Of a stretch of 64,000 nt of DNA, positions 37,616 to 48,038 are shown piece after piece. The stretch comes from Bacteroidales bacterium (lineage in GTDB: Bacteria; Bacteroidota; Bacteroidia; Bacteroidales; UBA12077). The notes below the pieces were generated by a model that saw nothing but the letters and a program-made list of their open reading frames with translations, did not search any database and was not told the DNA's origin. Where the stretch lies: assembly GCA_028282585.1 (NCBI GenBank), contig JANQHR010000117.1:1-64000 (forward strand), written 5' to 3'. A program made the position numbers and the translations under genes. Position 1 is the stretch's first letter; each line of letters starts with the position of its first letter.

Positions 37616-38923
37616 TTATTTGTTTTCAACCATAGTTTCAGGAACTCCTTTTTCAAAAGGATTATTAGGATCATTGCTCCATTCAAACCAACCACCGTCG
37701 AAAACAGATGCTCTAGGCCAGCCCATTAACCATGCATTATAAAACGCTTCACTTCCCCGCCAACCAGTTCCACAATAAAATGCATTGTGTTTGTTCGATG
37801 TAATACCAACTTCTTCCCAGATTTCTTTTACTTCATGAAACTCTCGAATTGTATGATCTAAATTTCTGTAATTTTCCATATGATACGCATCAGTTCCGCA
37901 ATTTCCAAAAACGGCCCCGGGAATTCGTCCTGTTTTTTCAATGTAATTGTACCCACTTACTTCTCCAATATATTCAGGCCAGCTTCTAACACAAACCAAA
38001 TTAGCGTCATCCGATTCAATCATCTTTTTAGCTTTTGGTACATCTACAATTATTTCCGGATTTGATGGTATATTTACTCCAAAATCTTTGACTGGTTTCT
38101 TTTTTTCGTCGATTGTACTTATTTCGTATCCGGCATCTTTCCAGGATTGAAAACCACCATTTAATACACGCACTTCTTTTACTCCAGCGTAGGTCATAAT
38201 CATCGTATTTCTGATTGCACCAATGTGACCTGCCGCACTTCCTGGAAATTCATCTGCATTATCAGGCGACATGTATTTACCATACATTATAACGGTGGTA
38301 TCAGATGTTATTCCGTGTTCTTCAAGAGCTTTTTTAAGTTCTTCCGGACTTCGTCGATTCCATGTTTCAGGAGCCTCCAAAGCTAATGTATCCATATCAA
38401 TGGCCCCTGGAATATGTCCTGTCAAGTATGCATCACGGTTGCGATAATGAGAGTGTACAATTATAAATTTATTATTATCATATTCCGCCGGTTTTTTACC
38501 ATCTATCAAATCTTTTACCCATTCAGGAGATACCAAATGTTTATACCTTGGTAGAATATCCATTGGATACACTTCGTTATCACTCCACTCTTCAATGAAT
38601 TTGTTGTAAATTTTAATATTTGAATAACCCGCTTTTTGAAATACTGTTGCTACTTTTTCTGAATCCTTTTTATTGTATGAGTATATTATTAAATCATTTT
38701 CAGGTATGATGAGTTTTGATCTAACAATTTCTATCCAGTCAATATAATTGCTCCACTTTAATGGTAAAGACTTAGCTCCTTTAATATGTCCGCCACGTGA
38801 TTCATTTTGCATTTTCCAGCCGTTGTAAGCATTTATCGATCGGACATCAATAATTTTGGTATTTTGATCATTTAATAGTGAAAATAATTCTTTTGTTGAG
38901 ATTTCATTAAACTGGTTATTCAT
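37616..38923 (-). CDS. eanB: Three-domain rhodanese-like sulfurtransferase (EanB-type ergothioneine synthase)
   Basis: Three rhodanese domains (GHIKGA, GHIPGA, GRIPGA); active loop YCGTGWRG; SGYNYI; FDGGWFEW; adjacent to egtD. Confidence 0.82.
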   Translation of the reverse strand: MNNQFNEISTKELFSLLNDQNTKIIDVRSINAYNGWKMQNESRGGHIKGAKSLPLKWSNYIDWIEIVRSKLIIPENDLIIYSYNKKDSEKVATVFQKAGYSNIKIYNKFIEEWSDNEVYPMDILPRYKHLVSPEWVKDLIDGKKPAEYDNNKFIIVHSHYRNRDAYLTGHIPGAIDMDTLALEAPETWNRRSPEELKKALEEHGITSDTTVIMYGKYMSPDNADEFPGSAAGHIGAIRNTMIMTYAGVKEVRVLNGGFQSWKDAGYEISTIDEKKKPVKDFGVNIPSNPEIIVDVPKAKKMIESDDANLVCVRSWPEYIGEVSGYNYIEKTGRIPGAVFGNCGTDAYHMENYRNLDHTIREFHEVKEIWEEVGITSNKHNAFYCGTGWRGSEAFYNAWLMGWPRASVFDGGWFEWSNDPNNPFEKGVPETMVENK

Positions 38924-38979
38924 AAAAATATAGTTAATAGTTTAGTGTATTTAAGTTTTATAGTATAATTGAGAAACTT

Positions 38980-39040
38980 ACCGCAAAGTTTTGAAGACGC
39001 AAAGATGTTGAATTTTCTTTGCGACTTTGTGCCTTAGCGA
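38980..39040. repeat. CGCAAAG/CTTTGCG palindromic repeat
   Basis: CCGCAAAG...CGCAAAGA..TCTTTGCGACTTTGTG. Confidence 0.6.
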
Positions 39041-39100
39041 TTAATATTAATGAATTAAGATACAACTTTAATTGGGAGAATTCAATTAATTTTGGTTTAA

Positions 39101-39946
39101 TTATTTATTGTATTGTCTGAAAATTTCAGGTATAGTTTTATGTTTTCTACCCACAACTTTTTCATAATCAGATTCCAGGTCGAATTCATTATTTCTGATT
39201 TTTTTATAGATTCCAGCAATAATTGAACCCAAAAACTCACCATTATGTATTTGCTGCCATTTTAAATATTCTTCAGGCGTTTGCGATTCATATACGAGTT
39301 TACTATCAAAATACTTATTGAAATATCCAACCAGTTCAGTTTGGGTAATAGCTTCTCCAACTAAATTATACGTTTGATTTTTTAAAGAATCATTTTTTAG
39401 AAGTTGAATATATGCTATTGCGAGTTCATCTCTTGATGTGTAAGGGCATTTTCCGTCTGCAGCACAGTTAGCTATTTTACCTTCTTTAATGTAATTATCA
39501 AGATATTCAACGTCCGGTTCAATATACAAGCCATTTCTGCCAACTGCATATTCTAAACCACTGTCTTTAACATCTTCTTCCGTTTGTCTGTTTGAGTTTA
39601 CAATCGCATCAAAAGTTGATTCACCCTTTTTTCCGATGATACTAGTGTAAATAAATTTCTTAACTCCTGTTTCTTTAGCTGCACGAATAACATTTCTATG
39701 CTGACCAATTCTATGCGCAGGATCTCCCATACTTGATATGAGTACAACCGCATCAATTCCCTGAAATGCTTCTAAAAAACCATCTTTTGAATCATAATCG
39801 GCTTGAAAAATTTTTATTCCTAAACCTTTTGCCTTTTCCGGTGATCTTGCCGTTCCCACAACATTATTTATACCAAACTCTTCAATAGCTCTTCTTGCTA
39901 TTGAAGCTCCTAACTGACCACTAACTGCCGTTATTGCTACTTTCAT
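39101..39946 (-). CDS. NmrA-like NAD(P)-binding protein
   Basis: ITAVSGQLG, ARSPEKA, ADYD, RNGLYIE; start taken at MKVAIT. Confidence 0.88.
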   Translation of the reverse strand: MKVAITAVSGQLGASIARRAIEEFGINNVVGTARSPEKAKGLGIKIFQADYDSKDGFLEAFQGIDAVVLISSMGDPAHRIGQHRNVIRAAKETGVKKFIYTSIIGKKGESTFDAIVNSNRQTEEDVKDSGLEYAVGRNGLYIEPDVEYLDNYIKEGKIANCAADGKCPYTSRDELAIAYIQLLKNDSLKNQTYNLVGEAITQTELVGYFNKYFDSKLVYESQTPEEYLKWQQIHNGEFLGSIIAGIYKKIRNNEFDLESDYEKVVGRKHKTIPEIFRQYNK

Positions 39947-40348
39947 TTTAAAATCTTGTTTAAAGATTAACATTTATTACAATTTTACCAATTACTTTGT
40001 TTTGCTCTATGTATTTCTGTGCTTCAATAACAACATAAATGCTAAACTTGTTTATAATACTCTGATTTTATTTGTTTAAGTTATTGTGAATGGACTAATC
40101 AATATGTTTTTCAGTATTTTTATCTAAATAGCGTTTAGTTTGAAGATTAAATTGAAAAGCTGTAAATTCACATAGCTAAAAACAGCAAAAATATGGATAT
40201 TTGTTATTATATAAATAAATGGATTAGGTAATAACAATAAAATCTTTTAAGTAAAATAAGCTTAAAACAATTTTAGAACTTAATATGTTAAAAATATAGT
40301 ATTTTGTTTAAGATTTAAGAATATTAGTTAAATGTAAAAGTTATAAAA

Positions 40349-40720
40349 ATGAAAGTAATAATTAAAAACCTTGTATTTATCAATTTAGTATTGGTATTAT
40401 CAATTGTATTGCCACAAAGCGCATATACTCAAAACGATCAAACAGATTTAGACATTACCAAAGTAAAGGAATTAGAAAATTATAAAGATTCTTATATCAA
40501 GGGAAAAGTAATTAAAATTCTTGATGAAGACGAATTTAGGCTGGAAGATGACAGTGGTACTATAAAAGTATATACCGGATGGAAAAATACCAATATTGTA
40601 AAAAAAGACGAAATCGTAATTGTAAAGGGAAAACTTGACCCGGGAATTATCAATGAATTTTATGCCTCTGAAATAATAAAGGAAGATGGTAAAAAAATAG
40701 AATTGGAAGCTGACGAATAA
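40349..40720 (+). CDS. Exported OB-fold (YgiW/YdeI-like) protein
   Basis: Signal peptide; IKGKVIKILDEDEFRLEDDSGTIKV. Confidence 0.75.
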   Translation: MKVIIKNLVFINLVLVLSIVLPQSAYTQNDQTDLDITKVKELENYKDSYIKGKVIKILDEDEFRLEDDSGTIKVYTGWKNTNIVKKDEIVIVKGKLDPGIINEFYASEIIKEDGKKIELEADE

Positions 40721-41153
40721 GATGAATTTACGTTTCATCTGTGTATTGGGAAGCTTATTTGACCAAAATAATTTAGGCTATAAACTAAATGGGAAGTGTT
40801 TTAAAATCTGAAGATTAATAGCAAAAAACAACTATACTGAGAGAGTGATTGTTTTGCTTAGCTTAGCTGGATCAATATAGAAATATGAAAGAGCTAAAAC
40901 AGACAGTCATTCTTTTTATTTACATATATACATCGTATAAATAAATACTGACAATAAGCTTTGGGAGAATAATCAAGACCAGTAAACTAATAACTAAACA
41001 CAATCGGAAAGTGCTTTTTGTTGGTAATTTGATTGTAAAATTTATAAATCAGTTCCCACAATAATTCTTTAACTGCTATTTATTTCATATATAAATGATA
41101 ATTCAAACTTAAAAGAATTAGAAAGTGGTAACTCGATTTTCATCTCAACCGTA

Positions 41154-41198
41154 GGTATTTCAGCTTACCCTGAAATACCAAATTCACGTCTGGTATTT
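41154..41198. other. Overlapping alternative hairpins in a long intergenic region
   Basis: GGTATTTCAG/CTGAAATACC (41154-41179) competes with AAATACCA/TGGTATTT (41173-41198). Confidence 0.4.
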
Positions 41199-41404
41199 TA
41201 GTATTTGAAGGTTTTTACGCTTTGGGATTGCTTCTTTTTTACAGGTAAACTATTTGTTATAAACATACTAACTCCAGTTGGTTTATAAAGCCGCAAACGT
41301 AGCAAAACACTTGGTTTTCTAAAAAAATCAAAGAATAAATTATTAGGAGTAACATTGTAAACAATTGAATTGTTAATAACTTTAGTTTGTATTTGAGAAT
41401 ATAA

Positions 41405-41439
41405 TGCATATTATTACATTCTGATTGCATATTTATACA
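41405..41439 (+). promoter_or_regulatory. Tandem ARG boxes (ArgR operators)
   Basis: TGCATATTATTACA and TGCATATTTATACA with starts 21 bp apart, directly before argR. Confidence 0.8.
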
Positions 41440-41446
41440 TTTTTAT

Positions 41447-41920
41447 ATGAGTAAAGAAAAACGACTTGACGCAATCAGGAAGATAATATCCAATCATAAG
41501 ATTGGTTCACAAGAAGAGTTGCTTTCCAGACTTACAGATTTAGGATTCGATTTAACTCAAGCAACATTATCACGAGATTTAAAACAATTAAAGGTTGGAC
41601 GTATTCCTTCGGATAATGGGTTTAGCTATATTATTTCGCAAAAATTTATTGATTCATCTGAAAATAGAGAATTCTCGCCTGTTGCATATGGATTCCTTGC
41701 GATAGAATTTTCAGGAAATTTAGCAGTTATTAAAACATTACCTGCATATTCTCATACCATTGCAGATGCTATTGATAAATCCGAAATGAATGAAATTCTT
41801 GGAACAGTTGCAGGTAATGATACGGTTATTGCAGTTTTAAGAGAAGGTTACAGCTCTGATCAGGTAATAAATGCAATTGGTAATTTTTTGCCAGAATTGA
41901 AAGGAAAATTAAAGCAATGA
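41447..41920 (+). CDS. argR: Arginine repressor
   Basis: SQEEL, TQATLSRDL, GTVAGNDT. Confidence 0.95.
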   Translation: MSKEKRLDAIRKIISNHKIGSQEELLSRLTDLGFDLTQATLSRDLKQLKVGRIPSDNGFSYIISQKFIDSSENREFSPVAYGFLAIEFSGNLAVIKTLPAYSHTIADAIDKSEMNEILGTVAGNDTVIAVLREGYSSDQVINAIGNFLPELKGKLKQ

Positions 41921-43014
41921 TAAATAAACTATTACAGGAAGATAACAAAAAAATGAAATTACTTTTTGAAGACGGAACCGCTATTAGCGGTTCTTTTTTT
42001 GGCTATCCGGGATCTGTTGCGGGAGAAGTTGTTTTCAACACTGCTATGACTGGTTATCCCGAGAGTTTATCGGACCCATCGTATAAAGGTCAGATATTAG
42101 TACTAACTTATCCTTTGATTGGAAATTATGGAGTCCCTGAAGAGCTGATTAAAGATAAACTAACCAAATATTTTGAATCATCGAGAGTTCAGGTTAGTGG
42201 TTTAGTTGTTGCAAGTTATTCTGAGGAATATAACCATTGGAATGCAACAAAAAGTTTAAACCATTGGCTTTACGAAAATAAAGTGCCTGGTATGTTTGGA
42301 GTTGATACTCGAGCTTTAACCAAGTTTATTAGAGAAAAGGGAGCGCTTAAAGGAAAATTGGTTTATGATAGCCAGGATATAGAGTTTTTCGACCCTGACA
42401 AGGAAAATTTGGTAGATTTAGTAAGTTGCGAAGAAAAACTTGCCTATGGGAATGGTAAATATAAAATTTTGCTGATAGATTGTGGCGTAAAAAACAATAT
42501 AATCAGACATGTTCTGAAAAGAGGTTCTCAGGTTTTAAGAGTCCCATGGAATTATAACTTTTTGGACGAGCAATACGATGGAATTTTAATTTCGAATGGT
42601 CCGGGAAATCCTGTTCATTGTGAAAAAACAATCGAATACATTTCAACGGCAATGAAAACCGAGAAACCAATTTTTGGCATATGCCTTGGAAATCAACTAA
42701 TGGCTTTGGCTTCGGGAGCTAAAACATATAAGCTCAAATACGGGCATAGGAGTCATAATCAACCGGTACTTCTTGCAAAAACTAATAAAGCATATATTAC
42801 ATCTCAGAATCACGGCTATGCCATTGATCAAAAAACTTTAGATAAAGATTGGGAGCCACTCTTTGTTAATCTAAATGATGGTACTAATGAAGGTATAAGG
42901 CATCGATCGATGCCTTTTTTTTCGGTTCAATTTCACCCTGAAGCATCGAGTGGACCTACTGATACTGAGTTTTTATTTGATGATTTTATCGATTTAGTAA
43001 AAAAGTATAAATAA
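41917..43014 (+). CDS. carA: Carbamoyl-phosphate synthase small subunit
   Basis: GEVVFNTAMTGY, SNGPGNP, GICLGNQ, SQNHG, QFHPE. Confidence 0.97.
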   Translation: MINKLLQEDNKKMKLLFEDGTAISGSFFGYPGSVAGEVVFNTAMTGYPESLSDPSYKGQILVLTYPLIGNYGVPEELIKDKLTKYFESSRVQVSGLVVASYSEEYNHWNATKSLNHWLYENKVPGMFGVDTRALTKFIREKGALKGKLVYDSQDIEFFDPDKENLVDLVSCEEKLAYGNGKYKILLIDCGVKNNIIRHVLKRGSQVLRVPWNYNFLDEQYDGILISNGPGNPVHCEKTIEYISTAMKTEKPIFGICLGNQLMALASGAKTYKLKYGHRSHNQPVLLAKTNKAYITSQNHGYAIDQKTLDKDWEPLFVNLNDGTNEGIRHRSMPFFSVQFHPEASSGPTDTEFLFDDFIDLVKKYK

Positions 43015-43020
43015 TAGAAT

Positions 43021-46000
43021 ATGGAAAAAGATATCGAAAAAGTATTAATACTTGGTTCAGGAGCATTAAAAATTGGAGAAGCAGGAGAATTCGATTATTC
43101 TGGATCTCAGGCTTTAAAAGCATTGAAAGAAGAAGGGGTAAAAACAGTTTTAATTAATCCGAATATAGCTACAGTACAGACTTCTGAAGGAATTGCCGAT
43201 AAAATTTACTTTTATCCGGTTACACCTTCTTATGTTGAAAAAGTTATTAAAAAAGAAAAGCCACAAGGTATATTACTGTCTTTTGGAGGGCAAACTGCGC
43301 TAAACTGTGGAGTCGAATTGTATAAATCGGGAATACTTGAGAAGTATAATGTTATCGTGTTAGGAACCCCTGTTCAGGCAATTATGGATACGGAGGATCG
43401 TGAAGTATTTGCAAATAAATTAAAAGAAATTGATGTTAAAACGCCTAAAAGTATTGCCGTTAATTCTGTTAATGGAGCGTTACACGCTGCAGAGGAAATT
43501 GGCTTTCCTGTAATTGTGCGTGCTGCATTCACTCTAGGCGGAATGGGAAGTGGATTTTGTTCAAGTAATGAAGAGCTTGAAAAACTTGCAGGCAATGCAT
43601 TTTCTTATACAAGCCAAATACTTGTTGAAGAATCAATTAAAGGATGGAAAGAAGTTGAATATGAAGTAGTAAGAGACCAGTACGACAATTGTATTACAGT
43701 GTGTAACATGGAAAATTTTGATCCGCTTGGAGTTCATACCGGTGAAAGTATAGTAGTTGCACCTTCACAAACTCTGACAAATGAAGAATACCATAAGCTA
43801 AGGTCATTATCAATAAAAATTATAAGGCATATTGGAATAGTAGGGGAATGCAATGTACAATATGCATTAGATCCTGACTCAGAGGATTATCGAGTTATTG
43901 AAGTGAATGCTCGTTTATCTCGTTCCAGTGCCTTGGCTTCCAAAGCAACAGGATATCCTTTGGCTTTTATAGCGGCAAAACTTGCATTAGGATACGGATT
44001 GCACGAGCTAAAAAATACCATTACCAAAACAACAACTGCTTGTTTTGAACCCGCTTTAGACTACATAGTTTGCAAAATTCCACGATGGGATTTAAGTAAG
44101 TTTGTAGGAGTTTCAACTCAAATCGGCAGTAGCATGAAAAGCGTTGGTGAAATAATGTCGATTGGGCGTACTTTTGAAGAAGCTATCCAGAAAGGGCTAA
44201 GAATGATTGGGCAAGGGATGCACGGTTTTGTTGCAAATAAAGAAATTCAAGTCAATAATATTGAGAATGAGCTTAGTAAACCAACCGATAAAAGAATTTT
44301 TGTTATTGCTAAAGCGTTAAAGGAAGGTTATTCTATTGAAAAAATCCATGAATTAACTAAAATTGATAATTGGTTTCTGTTTAAACTAAAAAAGATTATT
44401 GATATTGACAAACAACTTTCTGATTATCAAGATTTAGAAGATGTTTCAAACAATTTTTTACTTGAAACGAAACAAGCAGGGTTCTCAGATTTTCAAATTG
44501 CCCGATTAGTATTTAAGAGTAAGGATAATATAATTGAACAAGATCTTCTAAAAGTAAGAAATCATAGGATTAGAAATAATATTACACCGGTTGTAAAACA
44601 AATCGACACTTTGGCAGCAGAGTATCCTGCACAAACTAATTATCTCTATATGACCTACAGTGGAGCGAATCATGATGTAGAATTTCAAAATGATAAGAAG
44701 TCCGTTGTTGTATTAGGTTCAGGAGCCTATAGAATAGGGAGTAGTGTTGAATTTGATTGGTGTAGTGTGAATACTATTGATACAATAAAGAAAAATAATT
44801 TCAGGTCAATAATGATTAACTATAACCCTGAGACAGTAAGTACGGATTATGATGTATGTGATAGATTGTATTTTGATGAACTCACCTTTGAAAGAGTAAT
44901 GGACATTATAGAACTAGAGAATCCCAAAGGCACAATAGTTTCGGTAGGTGGCCAAATTCCCAATAATTTATCTAACCGACTTGATAAACAGGGAGTAAAC
45001 ATTCTTGGGACTTCAGCGGAAAGTATTGATAAAGCTGAAGACAGACATAAATTTTCGAGTATGCTGGACGGCTTAAAAATTGATCAACCAAGATGGAAGG
45101 AGCTTTCAAATATAGAAGATATATTTAGATTTGTTGATGAAGTTGGATTTCCTGTTTTGATAAGGCCATCATATGTACTATCGGGTGCAGCTATGAATGT
45201 GGTTTCCAATAAAGATGAGCTTGAGCATTTTTTGACATTAGCAGCAAATGTTTCGAAAAAATATCCTGTTGTGGTTTCAGAGTTTATTCAGGAAGCTAAA
45301 GAAGTTGAAATGGACGCAGTTGCTAAAAACGGTGATATCATTGTTTATGCAATATCAGAGCATGTTGAGTTTGCAGGAGTGCATTCCGGCGATGCTACCA
45401 TCGTATTTCCCGCACAGAAACTGTATATAGAAACAATTCGTCGTATTAAGAAAATTACTCGGCAAATTGCAAAAGAGCTTAATATAACCGGGCCTTTTAA
45501 TATTCAGTTCCTGGCAAAAGATAATGATATTAAAGTTATAGAGTGTAATTTAAGGGCATCACGAAGTTTTCCTTTTGTTTCTAAGGTTCTCAAATCAAAC
45601 TTTATAGAACAGGCAACAGAGGCCATGCTAGGTATTGAAATCGAAAAACCACAAAAATCAATATTTGACCTGGATTATGTTGGAGTAAAAGCTCCACAAT
45701 TTTCTTTTTCAAGGTTATTAAAGGCCGATCCTGTTTTAGGAGTTGAAATGGCATCTACAGGAGAAGTTGGATGTATTGGGGAGAGTTATTATGAAGCTAT
45801 TTTAACAGCTATGCTTTCTGTTGGTTACAAGATTCCTAAAAAGAATATTTTAATATCTTCAGGACCACCGCGATCAAAAGTTGAACTACTAGAAAGCGCA
45901 AGGATGTTGCATGAAAAGGGTTATAATCTGTATGCTACAAAAGGAAGTCAGAAATTTCTGGAATTACATGGGATTCCTTCAACAATATTATATTGGCCCG

Positions 46001-46239
46001 ATGAAGATAAAAAACCAAACACCCTGGATTTTCTAAAGGCAAAAGAGATAGATTTAGTAATTAATATTCCTAAGAACCTTAGCAAAGACGAGTTGTTTAA
46101 CGATTATTCGATTAGAAGAAGTGCAATTGATTACAATATTCCACTAATTACAAATGCAAGATTGGCAAGCGCGTTTATCTATTCAATATGTAAAGTTGAT
46201 TATAATAAAATTGGAATAAAGAGTTGGGATGAGTATTAA
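43021..46239 (+). CDS. carB: Carbamoyl-phosphate synthase large subunit
   Basis: GEFDYSGSQA, two ATP-grasp halves, RLSRSSALASKATGYP, MGS domain. Confidence 0.98.
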   Translation: MEKDIEKVLILGSGALKIGEAGEFDYSGSQALKALKEEGVKTVLINPNIATVQTSEGIADKIYFYPVTPSYVEKVIKKEKPQGILLSFGGQTALNCGVELYKSGILEKYNVIVLGTPVQAIMDTEDREVFANKLKEIDVKTPKSIAVNSVNGALHAAEEIGFPVIVRAAFTLGGMGSGFCSSNEELEKLAGNAFSYTSQILVEESIKGWKEVEYEVVRDQYDNCITVCNMENFDPLGVHTGESIVVAPSQTLTNEEYHKLRSLSIKIIRHIGIVGECNVQYALDPDSEDYRVIEVNARLSRSSALASKATGYPLAFIAAKLALGYGLHELKNTITKTTTACFEPALDYIVCKIPRWDLSKFVGVSTQIGSSMKSVGEIMSIGRTFEEAIQKGLRMIGQGMHGFVANKEIQVNNIENELSKPTDKRIFVIAKALKEGYSIEKIHELTKIDNWFLFKLKKIIDIDKQLSDYQDLEDVSNNFLLETKQAGFSDFQIARLVFKSKDNIIEQDLLKVRNHRIRNNITPVVKQIDTLAAEYPAQTNYLYMTYSGANHDVEFQNDKKSVVVLGSGAYRIGSSVEFDWCSVNTIDTIKKNNFRSIMINYNPETVSTDYDVCDRLYFDELTFERVMDIIELENPKGTIVSVGGQIPNNLSNRLDKQGVNILGTSAESIDKAEDRHKFSSMLDGLKIDQPRWKELSNIEDIFRFVDEVGFPVLIRPSYVLSGAAMNVVSNKDELEHFLTLAANVSKKYPVVVSEFIQEAKEVEMDAVAKNGDIIVYAISEHVEFAGVHSGDATIVFPAQKLYIETIRRIKKITRQIAKELNITGPFNIQFLAKDNDIKVIECNLRASRSFPFVSKVLKSNFIEQATEAMLGIEIEKPQKSIFDLDYVGVKAPQFSFSRLLKADPVLGVEMASTGEVGCIGESYYEAILTAMLSVGYKIPKKNILISSGPPRSKVELLESARMLHEKGYNLYATKGSQKFLELHGIPSTILYWPDEDKKPNTLDFLKAKEIDLVINIPKNLSKDELFNDYSIRRSAIDYNIPLITNARLASAFIYSICKVDYNKIGIKSWDEY

Positions 46240-46412
46240 AGAGGTTATAAAAAGTTAAATCGTAAATTTTATTTACTTCTTGCACAAACCAGAAGCCAGC
46301 CTGCCGGGCTAACGAGTGTTAAATAGCTGAAAATCAAAAATCCCTTAAGGAATAGGGTCGTTGTTAATTTTCAAAAAAATAAAGATTTCTAACTTTTTGA
46401 ACAACCTCTTTA
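46237..46412. mobile_element. MITE-like element with terminal inverted repeats
   Basis: TAAAGAGGTTATAAAAAGTTA ... TAACTTTTTGAACAACCTCTTTA, about 175 bp, no ORF. Confidence 0.5.
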
Positions 46413-46449
46413 TTTATTATAATAAGTTTTAAAAAATCGCTCCCAACAA

Positions 46450-47322
46450 TTATACTTTCAATTTTAACATATCTCCCATACCAAAAGCGTTATAAATGCC
46501 ATCGGTAATTTGTTTTAGCTGGTCGTTATAACCATTAATAGGATCTCCCATACCCATATTATCAACAACCGTTCGTAATGGTCTTGTTCCTGGAGAAGTT
46601 TGGATAAGATTAAGAATTGCATCAGCAACATTTTGTGGTTTTTGTTCTGGGTTACCAGCCAGTGCACCTTCAAAACCTTCAAACATAGCTTTGGGCGCAT
46701 TCATGAAATCTCCATAACTTTCATTTTGTGTTGAATCCGAAGGAGTCATAAGATTTTCCATAAATGTGGTAGGATAACCTCCTGGTTCTACAATGCATGA
46801 ATCAATACCAAATCCGGATAATTCAACTCTGTAGTTCTCTGCCATAGCTTCAACAGCCCATTTCGATGCATTATATGGACCATAAAATGGAAGCGAAATT
46901 CTTCCAAGTAAGCTTGAAATATAGATTATTAGTCCTGAACCTTTCTTTCGAAGGTATGGCAGCGCTGCTCTATTAATTCTTTGTATTCCAAATACATTTA
47001 TGTCAAATAGTTTTTGAAAATCCTCAGTTGTAAAATGCTCCTGCATTCCAATTACGCCCACTCCGGCATTGTTTATGATTACATCTAAACCTCCCAGTGA
47101 TTCAATCGTATCCTGAATACCTTTATTAACGCTATTATCATTAGTTACGTCAATATCAATAATATGTGCTCCAAGAGAGCTTAACTCCTTAGCAATTGTT
47201 TCGTTTTTACCATTCGTGTTGCGCATAGAAGCAGCAACGTTAAAGTTGTTATCAAGTAAAGTTCGAACAGTCAGATTCCCGAAGCCACCACTTGCTCCTG
47301 TTATTAATACATTTTTACTCAT
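46450..47322 (-). CDS. SDR family oxidoreductase
   Basis: TGASGGFG, NNAG, YNASK. Confidence 0.93.
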   Translation of the reverse strand: MSKNVLITGASGGFGNLTVRTLLDNNFNVAASMRNTNGKNETIAKELSSLGAHIIDIDVTNDNSVNKGIQDTIESLGGLDVIINNAGVGVIGMQEHFTTEDFQKLFDINVFGIQRINRAALPYLRKKGSGLIIYISSLLGRISLPFYGPYNASKWAVEAMAENYRVELSGFGIDSCIVEPGGYPTTFMENLMTPSDSTQNESYGDFMNAPKAMFEGFEGALAGNPEQKPQNVADAILNLIQTSPGTRPLRTVVDNMGMGDPINGYNDQLKQITDGIYNAFGMGDMLKLKV

Positions 47323-47351
47323 AGTTATTAGTTTTTAGTTTATATAAATGA

Positions 47352-47999
47352 TCAGTTTCTTAATAATTTAAAGGCATGATTCCATTTATTTTTGAGGAAT
47401 CCGGGTATACACCACAACATGCACAAGGGTTCAATGGCTCGCGCTGCTTCGGTATTACCCATATCTTCTGCTTCCCAACCAAATAAATTAAGAATTTCTA
47501 TAGTCTCTATTTTTGCCTTTTCATTGTTACCACATATAAACATGGTTGGCTTTTGATTCCCAAAATCAGGATTAACAAAAAAGTTACTTCCAACACAACT
47601 AAATGCTTTTACAAAATTTGCTTTTGGAAATGATTTCTGAAGGTCTTCCATTAATGATTTATCGTATGTAGTAAAAAACCTGAGTACTCCATTTTCAGGC
47701 TCTGAATCAGCGATTGGATTGGTAGCATCAATAATAGTTTTGCCATTTAAGTTATTCTCACCCGCTAATGTTAAAGAATTTTTTGCTGCTGTTCCTTTTA
47801 TGGCTAGAATGATTATTTCACCAAATTTGGCTGTATCCTCAAAGGTCCCAATTAAAGCATTTTCTCCAGCCTGGCTTTTCCATTTATCTAATTTTGATAA
47901 AGTTCTGGTACCAACCATAACCTGGTAACCATTTTTAAGAAATCCATTTGCTAATGTTTGTCCAACAATACCAGAACCTAGAATTCCAATTTTTTTCAT
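47352..47999 (-). CDS. F420-dependent NADP oxidoreductase-like dinucleotide-binding protein
   Basis: GILGSGIVG, IDATNP, VKAF. Confidence 0.85.
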   Translation of the reverse strand: MKKIGILGSGIVGQTLANGFLKNGYQVMVGTRTLSKLDKWKSQAGENALIGTFEDTAKFGEIIILAIKGTAAKNSLTLAGENNLNGKTIIDATNPIADSEPENGVLRFFTTYDKSLMEDLQKSFPKANFVKAFSCVGSNFFVNPDFGNQKPTMFICGNNEKAKIETIEILNLFGWEAEDMGNTEAARAIEPLCMLWCIPGFLKNKWNHAFKLLRN

Positions 48000-48038
48000 T
48001 TTGTTGTTGCATTATTACTAATACATAACAAATCGAGC

